Source: Camelus ferus
Taxonomy: Eukaryota
DNA: 64,000 nucleotides
Direction of reading: 5' to 3'
Assembly: GCF_009834535.1 (NCBI RefSeq)
Contig: NC_045697.1
Coordinates: 31,746,001-31,810,000, forward strand
The first letter of the stretch is position 1. Every line of letters starts with the position of its first letter. Below are positions 13,833 to 25,719 of the stretch, piece by piece. The notes beneath the pieces were generated by a model, which worked only from the letters and a program-made list of their open reading frames with translations, searched no databases and had not been told where the DNA came from. The position numbers and the translations under genes were made by a program.

Positions 13833-15470
13833 TTAACCACTGTCCCTTTAAGATATGGATGCATCCGGGAGAAGAGAATTTTCACCGAGCTTCCTTGGTT
13901 AAGGCCGAGGAAGTATCAATCACAGTAGAAAAGCCCTGTCTGTGGTATATATTGCTGAAACTCCGGGGAGGTAGCTACTCTCATGAGAACCCTAACTCTG
14001 ACATCTGTCCTCTGAACAAGAGGAGAGAAGGCTCTGTAAGACCTAAAGAGGGAAAGAAGCCCGGATGAGAGCTCCAAGCTCCCTGAAGGCTCCCAGCTGA
14101 GTGGCACAGAGCAGGGGAAGCTTCCTCATGCCCTCTGGGGATTCTAGATTTGACTTAGTTTAAACCTAAAGTGATTCACAAAATCCAAACTGACTTACAA
14201 AATTTGACATTTGCTAGATTACTCTTTCTGCCAGCATGCAGAATGTGCTCTTGAGGTAGAAATTACATTCAGTTTTCTAGAAACATAGCAAGTTTCTTTT
14301 CTTGGGCTCCCTTTGTTTGCAAGTTTGAAAATGCATATCAAAAATGATAAAATTAAGGGGTTACTATTACAAATAAAATAACCTAAAAGAGTTCTTGACC
14401 ACAGGGTTGTTTTAATTGACCATTTTTTTCTATTTTTAAAGAACTGAATTATCTGTACACCACAGCCCATCTGTATTGAAAAGAGCATAATAATTAAATC
14501 ATGTGGAAATTAGTACTATGAGGAAGCCAAGACTATTTGTCCTACTTGTGAAATAATGAACATGTCTTGTTTGCAGCCCTTGCCATTATAATGTTATTAC
14601 ATAACCATTTAATTAAAGTTCTTATTCTACTGCTAAAACAATTGATCAATATCCATTTCCATCCTCTGATGGCTGGAGCCAAAATGATACTATTGTAAAT
14701 GAGCCATAGACAGGTAATGGTCATTTTGCATTGATACATTTAAAGAAGTTTCCCTGGAGCTTCTAATTTCCTTAAGGGATGGGACAAAGTATCTATACCA
14801 TTCTCCGTGTAGATGAGAATATGCCCTTTAACATCCTCTGCCCTCTGTAGCAATATATTAACATTTGAGAGAGGTTACCAAGCAAATTTTCCTGTAGAAT
14901 TACTCCCTACTTACTTTCTCTGGGACTAACCCCATTGAGAAAGTCCTGTTTCAATTCTAAGCTGAGCAAACACTCATTCAAATAAGCCAGGTGATGCCTG
15001 AGCCATGAAGGACTGATTCACTGATGGTTCTGTGTTCGGGGCTCACTCTGAAATAAGTGTAGTTCTTGTTATCAATGGCGCGTGATTTACATGGAGAGCT
15101 TAAGTTCCATACTCGAGAAGAGGTCAGCAGAAGTGCAGTTACAATAGGAAAAGAATTGGAGAAAAAGCAGGTTACATTATAGCACTTTTACTTCAAAGGG
15201 GGAGAATGTATTGCTTTCCTTTATTTAAAACTTTATGTATTTTGATTAAAGTAGATGATGTAAAGTATATTGTGTATAGAGCTATACTTTTATGTGAAAT
15301 TATACATTTTTCAGAAAAAAGATGCCTGTTATATGAATAGTTTATTTGCATTTTTTTGATATTAAGTCCCAATTACATGCCAGATGCTGTAATACAGCAG
15401 CAAAATGGTAGTTGTTGTAGTCACTGATATTATTCACACCCTTTCACTTTCCTATCATTAGATGGTTCCC

Positions 15471-16432
15471 TGTCGGGGGCTAAATTGTGGGTCCTCAAAA
15501 TTTAGATGTTGAAGTCCTAATGCCCAGTACCTCAGAATGTGACTGTATTTGGAGATGCAGCTTTTAAAGAGGTAATTAAGTTAAAACGAGGTCATTACAG
15601 AACCCCAGGAGGGGACAGTTCTCAGTCCTTGTCCTTGCCAGAAAGAAAAGAATTCAGATGGGAGATTAAAGTGTTGTGTAAGGGTTTATTAGCAAAGTGA
15701 AAGTTAGCAAGCAAAGTACACCTTCGAGAATTGCAGGCGGGCCAACCCGAGAGAGGATAAAGGCCCCGCCCCTCCTTTGCTTCCCCTGTCTCGGATCCTG
15801 GCTTAGGGCCATTCTTGTGATTGACTGACAGCTCACACCCCTTGAGTGCTTAGGCATGCCCATCTCCTTTGCACGTGCTCTTACCCACGATGCACACAGA
15901 AAAGCTCAGGGGGGTGAGGGGAGGGGAGCCCAGACCACAGTGCTAATTACATTATAATGAGCACTGGGTTATGCTACGTTGGGTCCTTCTCTCTACTGCT
16001 CAGTCGCAGTGCCCGGTTCTAACCCACTTCTTTGTTGGCACTCATTTAGGGAAACTAGAATTCTTTGAAGCCCCTTATCCTGAGTGCAGGTGTACCGTTA
16101 TCTTCTGGATTGTTCCCTCCCCTTTCTTCTCCCCATACCTGGTGCCCCGTGCTATCTAACTGCCTAACAATTAAGTTGAACCTAAGTCAGTATGACGTGT
16201 CCTTGAAAGAAGAGGGGATTAGGACACAGACACACACTGAGGAAAGACCACTGGAAGATGCAGGGAGAGCACAGCATTGGCGAGCCCAGGAGAGAGGCCT
16301 CGGAAGAAGCCAACCCTGCTGACACTCTGATCTCAGACTTTCAGCCTGAAGAACTGTGAGAAAATGAGTTTATGTCGTTTCAGCCACCCAGTCAGGGGCA
16401 GTTTGTGTTGGCAGCCTTAGCAAACTAATTCA
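15471..16432 (+). mobile_element. MaLR LTR MLT1B-like, split by a nested LTR
   Basis: Start tgtcgggggctaaattgtgggtcctcaaaatttagatgttgaagtcctaa...tgtgactgtatttggagat. End ggcagccttagcaaactaattca. Confidence 0.9.
15598..16169 (-). mobile_element. ERV1-class solo LTR nested in MLT1B
   Basis: Minus strand begins tgttaggcagttagatag, AATAAA on the minus strand at ~15685, and atta flanks both sides (15594 / 16170). Homologous to 55217-55754. Confidence 0.8.
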
Positions 16433-16681
16433 GGCCCTGTGAACTGAGAGCATTAAATTGCTGGTCTGTCCAGTGTGTTCTTCCCTTGCCGTGGTGGCGG
16501 TGTTCCAGAACACCAGAAAAACTGGCAGTATTTCAGGTGGTGCTGCTCGCCAGCGTCGGTCCTAGAGGGAGTTTGCAGAGTATAATCCTAGTGACTTGCA
16601 GTGGTGTAAGCAAAAAATAAACTTTTCGTTCAAGCTATTGTGATGGCTACATGACTGTCAAAACTATTAAAGTTAGCAGAT

Positions 16682-17062
16682 TTTTTTTAGTATTTTTAAA
16701 TTGAAGTAGGTGTACAATATTATGTTCATTTCAGGAGCACTACATAATGATTTAAAATTTGCATATGTTATGAACTGCTCACCACAAGTCTAGTAACCAT
16801 CTGTCCCCATAAAAAGTTATTATATTATTGACAATATTCCCTATGCTCTATATCACATCCCTGTGACTTATTGATTATATAACTTTATCCATTTGTCTAT
16901 TGATGGATACTTAGGTTGCTTTCATACCTTGGCTATTACAAATAATGCTGTAATAAACATATTATAATACCTCTTAACCCACTATATATTTCACCCATAC
17001 CACATCTCCCTCCCTTCTGGCAACCACTCATTTGTTCTTTGTGTCTAGGAGTCTATTCTTAA

Positions 17063-17093
<31 letters not shown>

Positions 17094-18840
17094 GACTCTA
17101 CATGTAAGTGAGACCATGTGGCATTTGTCTTTCTCTGTCTGACATTTCATTTAGCATAATACCCTCTAGGTCCATCCATGTTGTTGCAAATGGCAAAATT
17201 TTTATTTTTTATGGCTGAATAGTATTCTGTTGCTCACATCTTCTTTATCCATTTGTCTATTGATGGATATTTAGGTTGCTTCCATATCTTGGCTGTTAGA
17301 AATAATACTGTAATAAACATTGGAGTACATAAATCTTTTCAAATTAGTATTTTTGTTTTCTTCAGGTAAATACCCAGAAGAGAAATTGCTTCATCATACA
17401 GAAGCTCTATTTTCAATTTTTGGAGGAACTCTTATACTGTTTTCCACAGTGGTTGTACCAATTTACAGTCTCACCAATAGTACACAAGGGTTTCCTTTTC
17501 TCCAAACTTCAACAACACTTGTTACTTCTTATCTTTTTGATAACAGACATTCTGACAAGTGTGAGGTGGTATCTCATTGTGGTTTTGATCTGCATTTCCC
17601 TGGTAATTAGAGATCTGAGCATCTTTCAATGTGCCTCTTGGCCATCTTTATATCTTCTTTGGAAAAAAGTCTAATCTGCTTCTCTGCTTATTTTTTAATC
17701 AGGTTGTTTCTTTCTTTGATGTTGTTATATGAGTTCTTTGTATATTTTGGATCTTAAGACTTTAACTCCTTATCAGGTATATCATTTGTAAATATCTTCT
17801 CACATCCAGTAAGGGGGACTTTTTGTTTTGTTTCTAGTTTCCTTAGCTATGGAAAGCTTTGTAGTTTGATGCAGTCCCATTTGTTTATTTTTACTTTTGT
17901 TTCCCTTGCCTGAGGAGACAAATTCAAAAAAAAATTTTTAAGATGGATGTCAGAGCGCATACTGTATGTTTTCTTCTAGGAGTTTTATGGTTTCAGGTCT
18001 TACATTTAAGTCTTTAACCATTTGGGGTTAGTTTTTGTTCATGGTGTGAAAAAGTAGTTCAGTTTGATTGTTTTGCATGTAGCTGTCCAGTTCTCCCAAA
18101 CCATTTATTGAAGAGGCTGTCTTTCCCCCAGTGTATATTATTGCCTCCTCTGTCATAGATTAATTGACCACAAAATGGGTGAGGCCTGGCCCCTGGGTGG
18201 CTGGCTGGGAGGACCAAGGGTCCTGGGGCTGATGCCAGCCCCACTGGAAGGTAAGTCCCTGCACTAAAGCTAGAGGAAAAACTCTGAAATGGCATTTGCC
18301 AGTACCAGTGTCCTTGTGGTAGAAGGAGCCTCAGGAAGGTTCTACAAGATCAGAAGATGGATCTGACCCAGGCTCCTTTCAAATTACTGTCTCTGTATTA
18401 GGACTCAGAGTGTGTGAGAATTTGAACATGCAGAGCAAAGTCTCAGTTTCCTACAGCCCTCCAATTCTCCTGTACGCAAAGCTTACCAGCCTTTAAAGCC
18501 AAACATTCTAGGAGCACCACCTCCCAGGGGCAAACATTCTAGGGGCTCTGGGCTGGAGAGTCTGATGTGAGCTCAGAACCCTCCCTCCTTGGGAAGAATT
18601 CCTGTAACTGTGATCATCCTCATGCTCGTGGTTCTCCCACCCTGGGGGATGAGTTTTGATTTTACTGCCTCTCTGCTCTTCTTACTCATCTCCTTGTGGT
18701 CCCTACTTTAGTCGTGGAAAATCTTTTCTGCTCATCTTCAGGTCATTCTCATAGATAGTTGCTCTGTAAATACTTGTCATTTGGGTATACCTATGGGAGA
18801 AGGTGAGCTCAGGGTCTTCCTACTCTGCCATCTTGGCCTG
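16682..18840 (-). mobile_element. Internally deleted L1 (5'UTR fused to ORF2 C-terminus + 3'UTR)
   Basis: Minus-strand start ggccaagatggcagagtaggaagaccctgagctcacc (L1 5' end). ORF2 peptide GQLIYDRGGNNIHWGKDSLFNKW. PolyA at 16681. Flanks aagttagcagat (16670) / aagttagcaaat (18841). Confidence 0.88.
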
Positions 18841-20621
18841 AAGTTAGCAAATGTTCTTTAAAATCACTCAGTCGTATTTATGGTAAGGCTATGGAGGAAA
18901 AGTATAATTTTACATTTTCACAGTAAAACAACTTTTGTATGAATCTCAACCATTTCAGACACAGAAATGGTAAACATTTTTCTACAGTTCTGGAAAGTTA
19001 ATTATTAGAAGGGTGACTGATACAGTCAGGCAAAATTATTAGAGCATGATAAAACAAGGATCAAAATCCACATTTTCAACTACTTAAAAAAATACTCTAT
19101 TTTTATGCCTCTTTAAGAAGTTGAGTTTACAATGGAAGAAACATTCAAAGTGGGTAACAACTAAAACTGCAGTATTTCATCCCCTATACTTGTATCTCTC
19201 CCCCAAACTAAAATAAAACATATATTTTTTAAATTTCTTATTATATAGTATAAGCAGTTAAAAATAGAAGCTTTGAAATTTCAACTTTTAAAGAGAAATA
19301 AAATATGCTTGTCACTATTTAATTTCTATAAACATCATTTATCTAAAAGTAAGGAGAAATATCTTTATTTCTGTTTCATCTCTGATCTGCCCTTAGACTC
19401 GCATGACTACTAGTGTCTTCTGACTGCTTCACAAGCTAAATTTGAATTAATTCAATTTGATAAAGATTTACTAAGTCCCTAGATGGTTTATGTTCTGTGC
19501 TAGACCATAAGATCCAAAAAAAAAAAAAAAAAAAGTGAAAACTAGGCCTATGAATTGCAAACTTATTAAGTTAAACTATGAAACTCTTTGCACTTCTAGA
19601 TATGAAGCAGTTATGTAATGACTGAGAACATTATTATTTTCCATAATATGAGATTAATCAAAGGATAAAGATTTCAAAGGGCATGCATAACAATGGATAG
19701 AATTTTATGTTCACACTTAGAATAACCAGCATGTTTAAACATATAGTTTAAAACAGATTGAGCTGCAATGAAGATTTTTTTAATAATGAATTTCACCCTG
19801 TCTTGGAAATGCCTAAATTAAAGATGAAAACTAACTCTTGCTTTATCTAGGCCATACCCTGGGGGAACAGCTGGATTGTTCTTCACAATTTAATGTCTTT
19901 GATTTTGTGCAGTCTAACTCCATATGCTTCTGGCAGTGGGGTTTCCACAATGTCCTTTGCAAAAGACAATCTTGGCACAATTGATCTCACTGTCAGGAAA
20001 TCTCTGAAGATATTCTGAATAATTTCCTCATTCTCTTAATCACATGTCTGTGACAATTCCCAGTGTAGAGCCACACAGTATGTTAAATAATGGTAATAAC
20101 AAAAGACCATCGTGTTCTTTTGTTAATAGTCAGTGGACTAAAGCATTACTAGCAGGTGCACCCACCATAAGCACCATTTCCTATATCTGTCATCAGAGAA
20201 TAAAGAGAGAAATTCACTCCTATAAATTACCTTTCTTCCCTTTAATTAAGATTTGCTTGTCTTAATGGAACAAGAAAGTCACTTAGCAGTGTTTTGGATT
20301 GTCCACAATCCAGAACTAATTACAGAGTTTAAATTGTGGTGATTAAATTACTTAGATCAGGGCTTGAAAATAACAGCCCATGAACTATATCTGTCCTCAC
20401 ACACATGTATTTTTTATGGCTTCTCAGCATTTCGTTCCTTATAGTCAGTTGGCAGTATTGAAACTTGGGGAGACTTTTCAAATTTGACTTTCTGACTTTT
20501 ATTGAAAAAAACAAAGGAAGAGAAGAGAAAAAGCAGAAGAGAGAAAGGGGAGGGAAGGGGAAAGAAAAGGGGAGCACAGAAGCAGAGAGAAGAGAAGAGA
20601 GGAGGGGAGAACCTATGAGGG

Positions 20622-20669
20622 CTTCTGAGTCAGCACCGCCTCTTGGTAACGAGAGGCCCTTCTGAGTCA
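20622..20669 (+). promoter_or_regulatory. Paired AP-1 sites, one extended to an ARE/MARE (TGAGTCAGCA)
   Basis: TGAGTCAGCA at 20626-20635 and TGAGTCA at 20663-20669 in apparently unique sequence. Motif only. Confidence 0.4.
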
Positions 20670-22786
20670 ACCTCTTAAGAAGGCACCTGCACCCCTTATG
20701 TTTGCTATTCTCCTCCCTCTCCTTTATTCCTTAACTTCTGGCCCATTTTACCTGTTTTTAGAAACCTACCCTAGCCCCTGTGGTCATTTAATTTGTGGCT
20801 CTTAATTGAAGTGGGATTCCAAGCTCCTTAGGCAAACCCAGTGCCTAATACAGCGTTAAATCCACAATAAAAGTTATTTGGGCTGAAACGAACTGTGTAC
20901 AGAGCTGAAGTCTCATCCAATAGCTCACATGGATTTTCATATCAATTTCCATTAGATGGAGTTCTTAGTGTCTTTTTATTCATTCTTCATTTCCCACTGT
21001 CAACAGCAAATAGCACCTTTATCTTGTACTCGTCTTAACCTCGTCTCTACCGAGCAATGATTGGAGTGGCCTCCTTTCAAAGATGCCATTTCCTCTGAAG
21101 GCTCCTCCTGAAGCCAGGAGCCCTCAGCCTCCCAAACCAGGATATGATTCATCTTAAATGAGTAAAAAAATAAACAAGGTCATCATAAGGTTACTCTGGC
21201 TGTAAAACTGCTGTTTTCCCTCATTATTGAGGGCAGAAGAGCTTTAGCCCCTTAAGTTTGCATTATTAAATATTTGCTCAAGAATTGTGAACCAACTTTC
21301 ATTTAACTTGCTAAGTAAGACTTTTTGACTCATTCAAATTAATCAGTTCTAAGCAATTTGAAGCCCTAAAATATAATTAGACTCTTCTCTCATTACTCAT
21401 GTTATCTTAAACATACAGCCTTCAACTAAGTTTATAGCCTATGTTGTAATCCTCATTAAACTTAAAATAAAAATAAAATGTCCTGAATTCCCATATCCAA
21501 ATAGCTATAAAATCCAAATATTGTGTGATTTTACTCTATTAATTATACAATGTTTAACAAGTTTGGATTTTTTGGAGGGGTTTTTTTTTTTGTATGTTTG
21601 TTTTCAGCATTTGGGGTGCTAAATTATACTTCTATTGGTTTCCAGAATTTGGAAGGTTTTTTTTCTCCCATCACAATATATTTATTTCACTATATTCTTG
21701 AGGTTTTCATTTTTTCCTACTGATGCAATTCTTTTTACTTCAATTCATAACTCATAACTCTAAAAAATCACAAGACATTTAATTTTTTAAAACACATTGA
21801 TCCTGCTAAGCTTTTATCTTAATTACATAAACTTCAAGATTTATGTGCATTTTCCTCTAAAGAATCTTTCATTTTTCATATATCTTTATTATTTTAACAT
21901 GGTTACATTTTGCCAAGATCTCTTCTTAATATGTTTTTTTAAAGATAAGTATAAAAAGAGAACTAACTAGATAGGAGCTCTTAGATATTTTAGAGCTGAT
22001 ATTATTTTCATGTCTTTCATTGATTTCTTCTCTAGTATTTCTCTTTGCCTATAATCATCGCAGAAGCGCAATTTATTCTGTGTAATTACTACAGCTACAA
22101 TTGCCGCTTTTAGTTTTTGGTTTTTTTTTTAACTATTTGTCTTTTTTCCTTGAAACTTTTAATTCACAAAATATCACTTAGTCTCTAACTTCTAGTTTCC
22201 TTTCTAAGCACTGGCTAGGTTGGTTTGGAAGCCCACTTTAGCCACATTTTTTTTTTCTCTTTTCCGTTGCCTTTCTAGAACCTACATACTCCTGTTTGTT
22301 TCATTTAAACTCAGTTTAAGAACACTGAATGCTGTCATTAATTTCTTATTCTATTTAGCAGGCTAGAGTTATTTCTGGTTGAGGGAGTAAATGTACTATA
22401 TAATTATAGTTGATCAAATGTTTTATAATAAAAGTTATAAGAAATGCTTACTGAATATAAACTCAGCCACCACCCCCATTAGATTAACTGGTAACATTTC
22501 TGCTACACACCATTTTCCATCTGGCAAACAGTGAAAGGACTTAGAATGGCTCAGGGTCATCTTAATATATGAAGTAAGATAACATAGAAGGAGAGAGTAA
22601 GGACTATATTTTTTTCAACAACTAAGATACATGATTTATTTTTTTAAATAATAATTACATCAAAATGTGTTCTCTAAGGCCTGAAAAATTAATCAACTTA
22701 CTCTGTAATCTTAACCAACCTTTTCTTTTTTGGAAATTTTACTTGTAATAATCACATTGTTGATAGCTTTCAAACTAAAATTTGGA

Positions 22787-22817
22787 ACAAGTCTAACAAG
22801 TCTAACAAGTCTGACAA
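22787..22817. repeat. 9-bp tandem repeat (aacaagtct)x~3.4
   Basis: aacaagtctaacaagtctaacaagtctgacaa. Confidence 0.9.
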
Positions 22818-23174
22818 ATAGAATTAGATTTACAAAGAGAGTAGGACAAGATCATTGAAATCAGAGTCGTGTCTTATATTCCAGAATGGAAGGGCCCCAC
22901 CGTAGAGAAACTTCACTAAGCAGAGTGAATGAATGTTCCTCTCAGCATGGACAGGCCCGGCTGGCTTGGATCTTTCTTTCTCTCTCTGCTTCTTTAAAGA
23001 ATAATGGGGAACAAACATTACACTTTTCTTTTTCCTGCAAATGCTAACTTCAGACCCTTTCCATTTTCAAGCTTGGCTAGATACTTCCACACTTGTTTCA
23101 GCATAACATATACAATATCGCATTTGTAGGCTCATAATGAGCCCTGTTCACTTGGAATATAGGAAATATAAACA

Positions 23175-23653
23175 CAGGTGTACCTCAGAGATACTGAGGT
23201 TTGGTTCCAGACCACCACAATAAAGCACATATTGCAATAAAGCAAATCACATGAATGTTTTGGCTTCCCAGTGCATGTGAAAGTTATGTTTACACTATAC
23301 TGTAGTTTATTAAGTGTGCAATAGCATTATGTTTAAAAAACAATGTACATACCTTAATTAAAAATACTTGATTGCTAAAAAATGCTGTCATCAGATGACT
23401 GATCACAAATTACCATAACAAATATAATCATAATAATCATGATAAAATTTGAAATATGCTGAGAATTACCAAAATGTGACACAGAGACATGAAGTGAGCA
23501 AATGCTGTTGGGAAAATGAGGTTGATAGACTTGCTTGATGCAGGATTGCCACAAAGTTTCAATTTGCAAAAAACAAACAAACAACAACAGAAAAAACCAC
23601 ACAGCATCTGCAAAATCTAAGAAAGTGAAGCACAGCAAAACGAGGTATGCAGG
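23175..23653 (-). mobile_element. Tigger1-derived non-autonomous DNA transposon (internal deletion, both ends present)
   Basis: TIR-like ends caggtgtacctc... / ...gaggtatgcagg+TA. Tigger1 subterminal blocks ggttccagaccaccacaataaagc and aattaccaaaatgtgacacagagacatgaagtgagc. Confidence 0.92.
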
Positions 23654-23779
23654 TAACCTGCTGCCAAACTCTCTAACCAGTTATTTTCATAAGCTCATTT
23701 TTTAAAACTATCCACTATTATAGAATAGGGCCAATGATGAATCAAATATGTAAAATTTTCAAATACCTCATCATAATTC

Positions 23780-24900
23780 GAGGGCTTTTTTTTTTTTGGA
23801 AACAAGTTTAGAGAATAATATACAAATATCCTTGAGTTCACTACATGAAGCAGACAAATAGTAATGATTTCTTATATTTGTCTTATATCTTTAAATAAAT
23901 AAAAAAATATTACTGATAAAGTTGAGGCCCATTTATACTTTATTCCTTGGTCTCATTTACCTCCACCCCAGCGACAAGCACTATCATAAACTGATGTCTG
24001 TTCTTTAGTCCACGTTTTAATATAAAGAAGGAGGAGGAGAAACAGAAGGAAGATTTTTAAATATTGACTTTCTTTTTTTGTTGAACATTCACTATGAAGC
24101 AGGGAATCTTCTAAGTGTTTCTAATTGCTTTTCACATGTTAACTCATTTAATTATCAAAACAAAGGATTTTATAGATGAGAAAATTAAGGCACAGAGAGT
24201 TAAAATTGCACAAGGTCACATAGATTATATATTCTAGAAGAATATACACCCAGCCATTCTACCATATACAGAGGCATGTGTATGCTTTAATTATATTTAA
24301 TATCATTAAATTATGTTTAGTATCATTTTAGTATCATTTTCTATGGTTTAATACTTGTTTTTTAATCAGTGTTTTACTTTTGAGGTACATTATTTTTTGT
24401 TTTGTTTTGCTTTGTCAAAACAAGCACAACGATGTAAATATTTTTAAGAAATTATTTTGTATGTATCTAATAACAGAATTTCTGGATCTAGTGAATATAT
24501 AGTTCTATTTTTAGTAAAGATGATTCAATTATTCTCCACTGTGATTCTGTTTATAGGTGCATCAAATTTCAGAGTTTTCTATTTATCCCAGATACTTCCC
24601 AACACTTAATACCATGAGACTTATTTCTTTCTCATTTACGTACGTGTGAAGTGGCAATTAAAAAAAAATATTTCCTTTGTTATGAGAAAGATGGAAAATT
24701 TTGTTTTTCTAAAATTTTCCTAGTTCTGTACTTGTCTCAATCATCTTTTGAGTTATTGGTCTCTTTTTCATTGCTATGCAAAACTTTTAATAAATTCTGG
24801 ATGCAAATCCTTTGTCCATTGCAAATATATTCTCCCAGTTTGTCATAGGTTTCTAAGTCATCTTTTTATGTTTCACATATATTTATTCTTTTGCTAGTTT
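23780..24900 (-). mobile_element. Very old L1M (MC/ME-like) fragments with a MIR at ~24085-24260
   Basis: attctggatgcaaatcctttgtccattgcaaatatattctcccagtttgt (L1 ORF2 3' region). MIR core tttatagatgagaaaattaaggcacagagagttaa. Confidence 0.6.
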
Positions 24901-24939
24901 TAATAAAATCTAATCCATTACACTACTTGTAAATCTCAA

Positions 24940-25187
24940 ACTGTAAGAAATAAGATGGAAAAAAAGCTTAGAATCATCCAGTCATTTAGAGGATATTAGC
25001 TCTACCACAAAGATCAGCTCAGAATAATTCTTTCTAACAAGATCCTCCCAGATTTTCTAGGCTAATCTTTACTTAAAGCAAACTTATTATAGATGTGAAT
25101 CATATCTGCATAATCACTTCATAACAACACTTAGATTAATATTTGATTGAATAATTGGACAAATTGACACAAAACACTGACCATCAT
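24940..25187 (-). mobile_element. MLT2-like ERVL LTR fragment
   Basis: caacacttagattaatatttgattgaataattggacaaattgacacaaaacactgaccatca, the reverse of the MLT2 5' end. Confidence 0.7.
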
Positions 25188-25648
25188 ACCACATGTCTCT
25201 CATTTCAGATGACCTGAAGATAAATACCCATTAAAGTATGTTGTAGGGGAGGGAATATGGATCATTTAGTAAAGAAATAAGGCAGAGAGTAATTTCTGGT
25301 AAAGAATTTTCCGTATGACTACTGGTACACCAAATAGATCCATGACTTACTAATTTTTTTGTTGAGGGAGAACCCATGAGCTTGGTCCAAAATAGCATAT
25401 GTTTGTAAAATAACTCCTGGCAGTCTCCTTTGCCAGGAAAGAGACATTCAGCAAATAAGGAGAAAAGGTCATACTCCACAAAGTTTATTTCATAATTGCC
25501 CAAGGGGAATGAATAATGGACAAAGATGCCAGAACAATACATTCAATTTCCTGTTGGATATTCCCCCTTAGATGATCCACAAATTCAATATATTTAAAAT
25601 TGCAGGAATTATATGTCACCATTCTATTGCCACCCCCATCATAGTTGT

Positions 25649-25709
<61 letters not shown>
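25649..25709. repeat. (TC)n(CA)n compound microsatellite
   Basis: Direct observation. Confidence 0.95.
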
Positions 25710-25711
<2 letters not shown>

Positions 25712-25719
25712 TCCCTATC

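Larger units (their letters stand above)
15413..16660 (+). mobile_element. Old MaLR LTR (MLT1I/J-like), split by the MLT1B insertion (parts ~15413-15470 and 16433-16660)
   Basis: 3' part ...tgtaagcaaaaaataaacttttcgttcaagctattg... resembles the MLT1I/J end. Confidence 0.5.

Noticed and set aside
13742..14107. Moderately GC-rich stretch with a 108-aa ORF
   Set aside because: The ORF begins inside an L1 fragment, and there is no recognisable protein, polyA tail or TSD.
18160..18220. Spliced-L1 (SpIRE) origin of the L1 junction
   Set aside because: As I recall the ORF2 consensus (…ccagaaataaaccca…), the junction is not immediately after an AG, so microhomology fits better. This needs an alignment to confirm.
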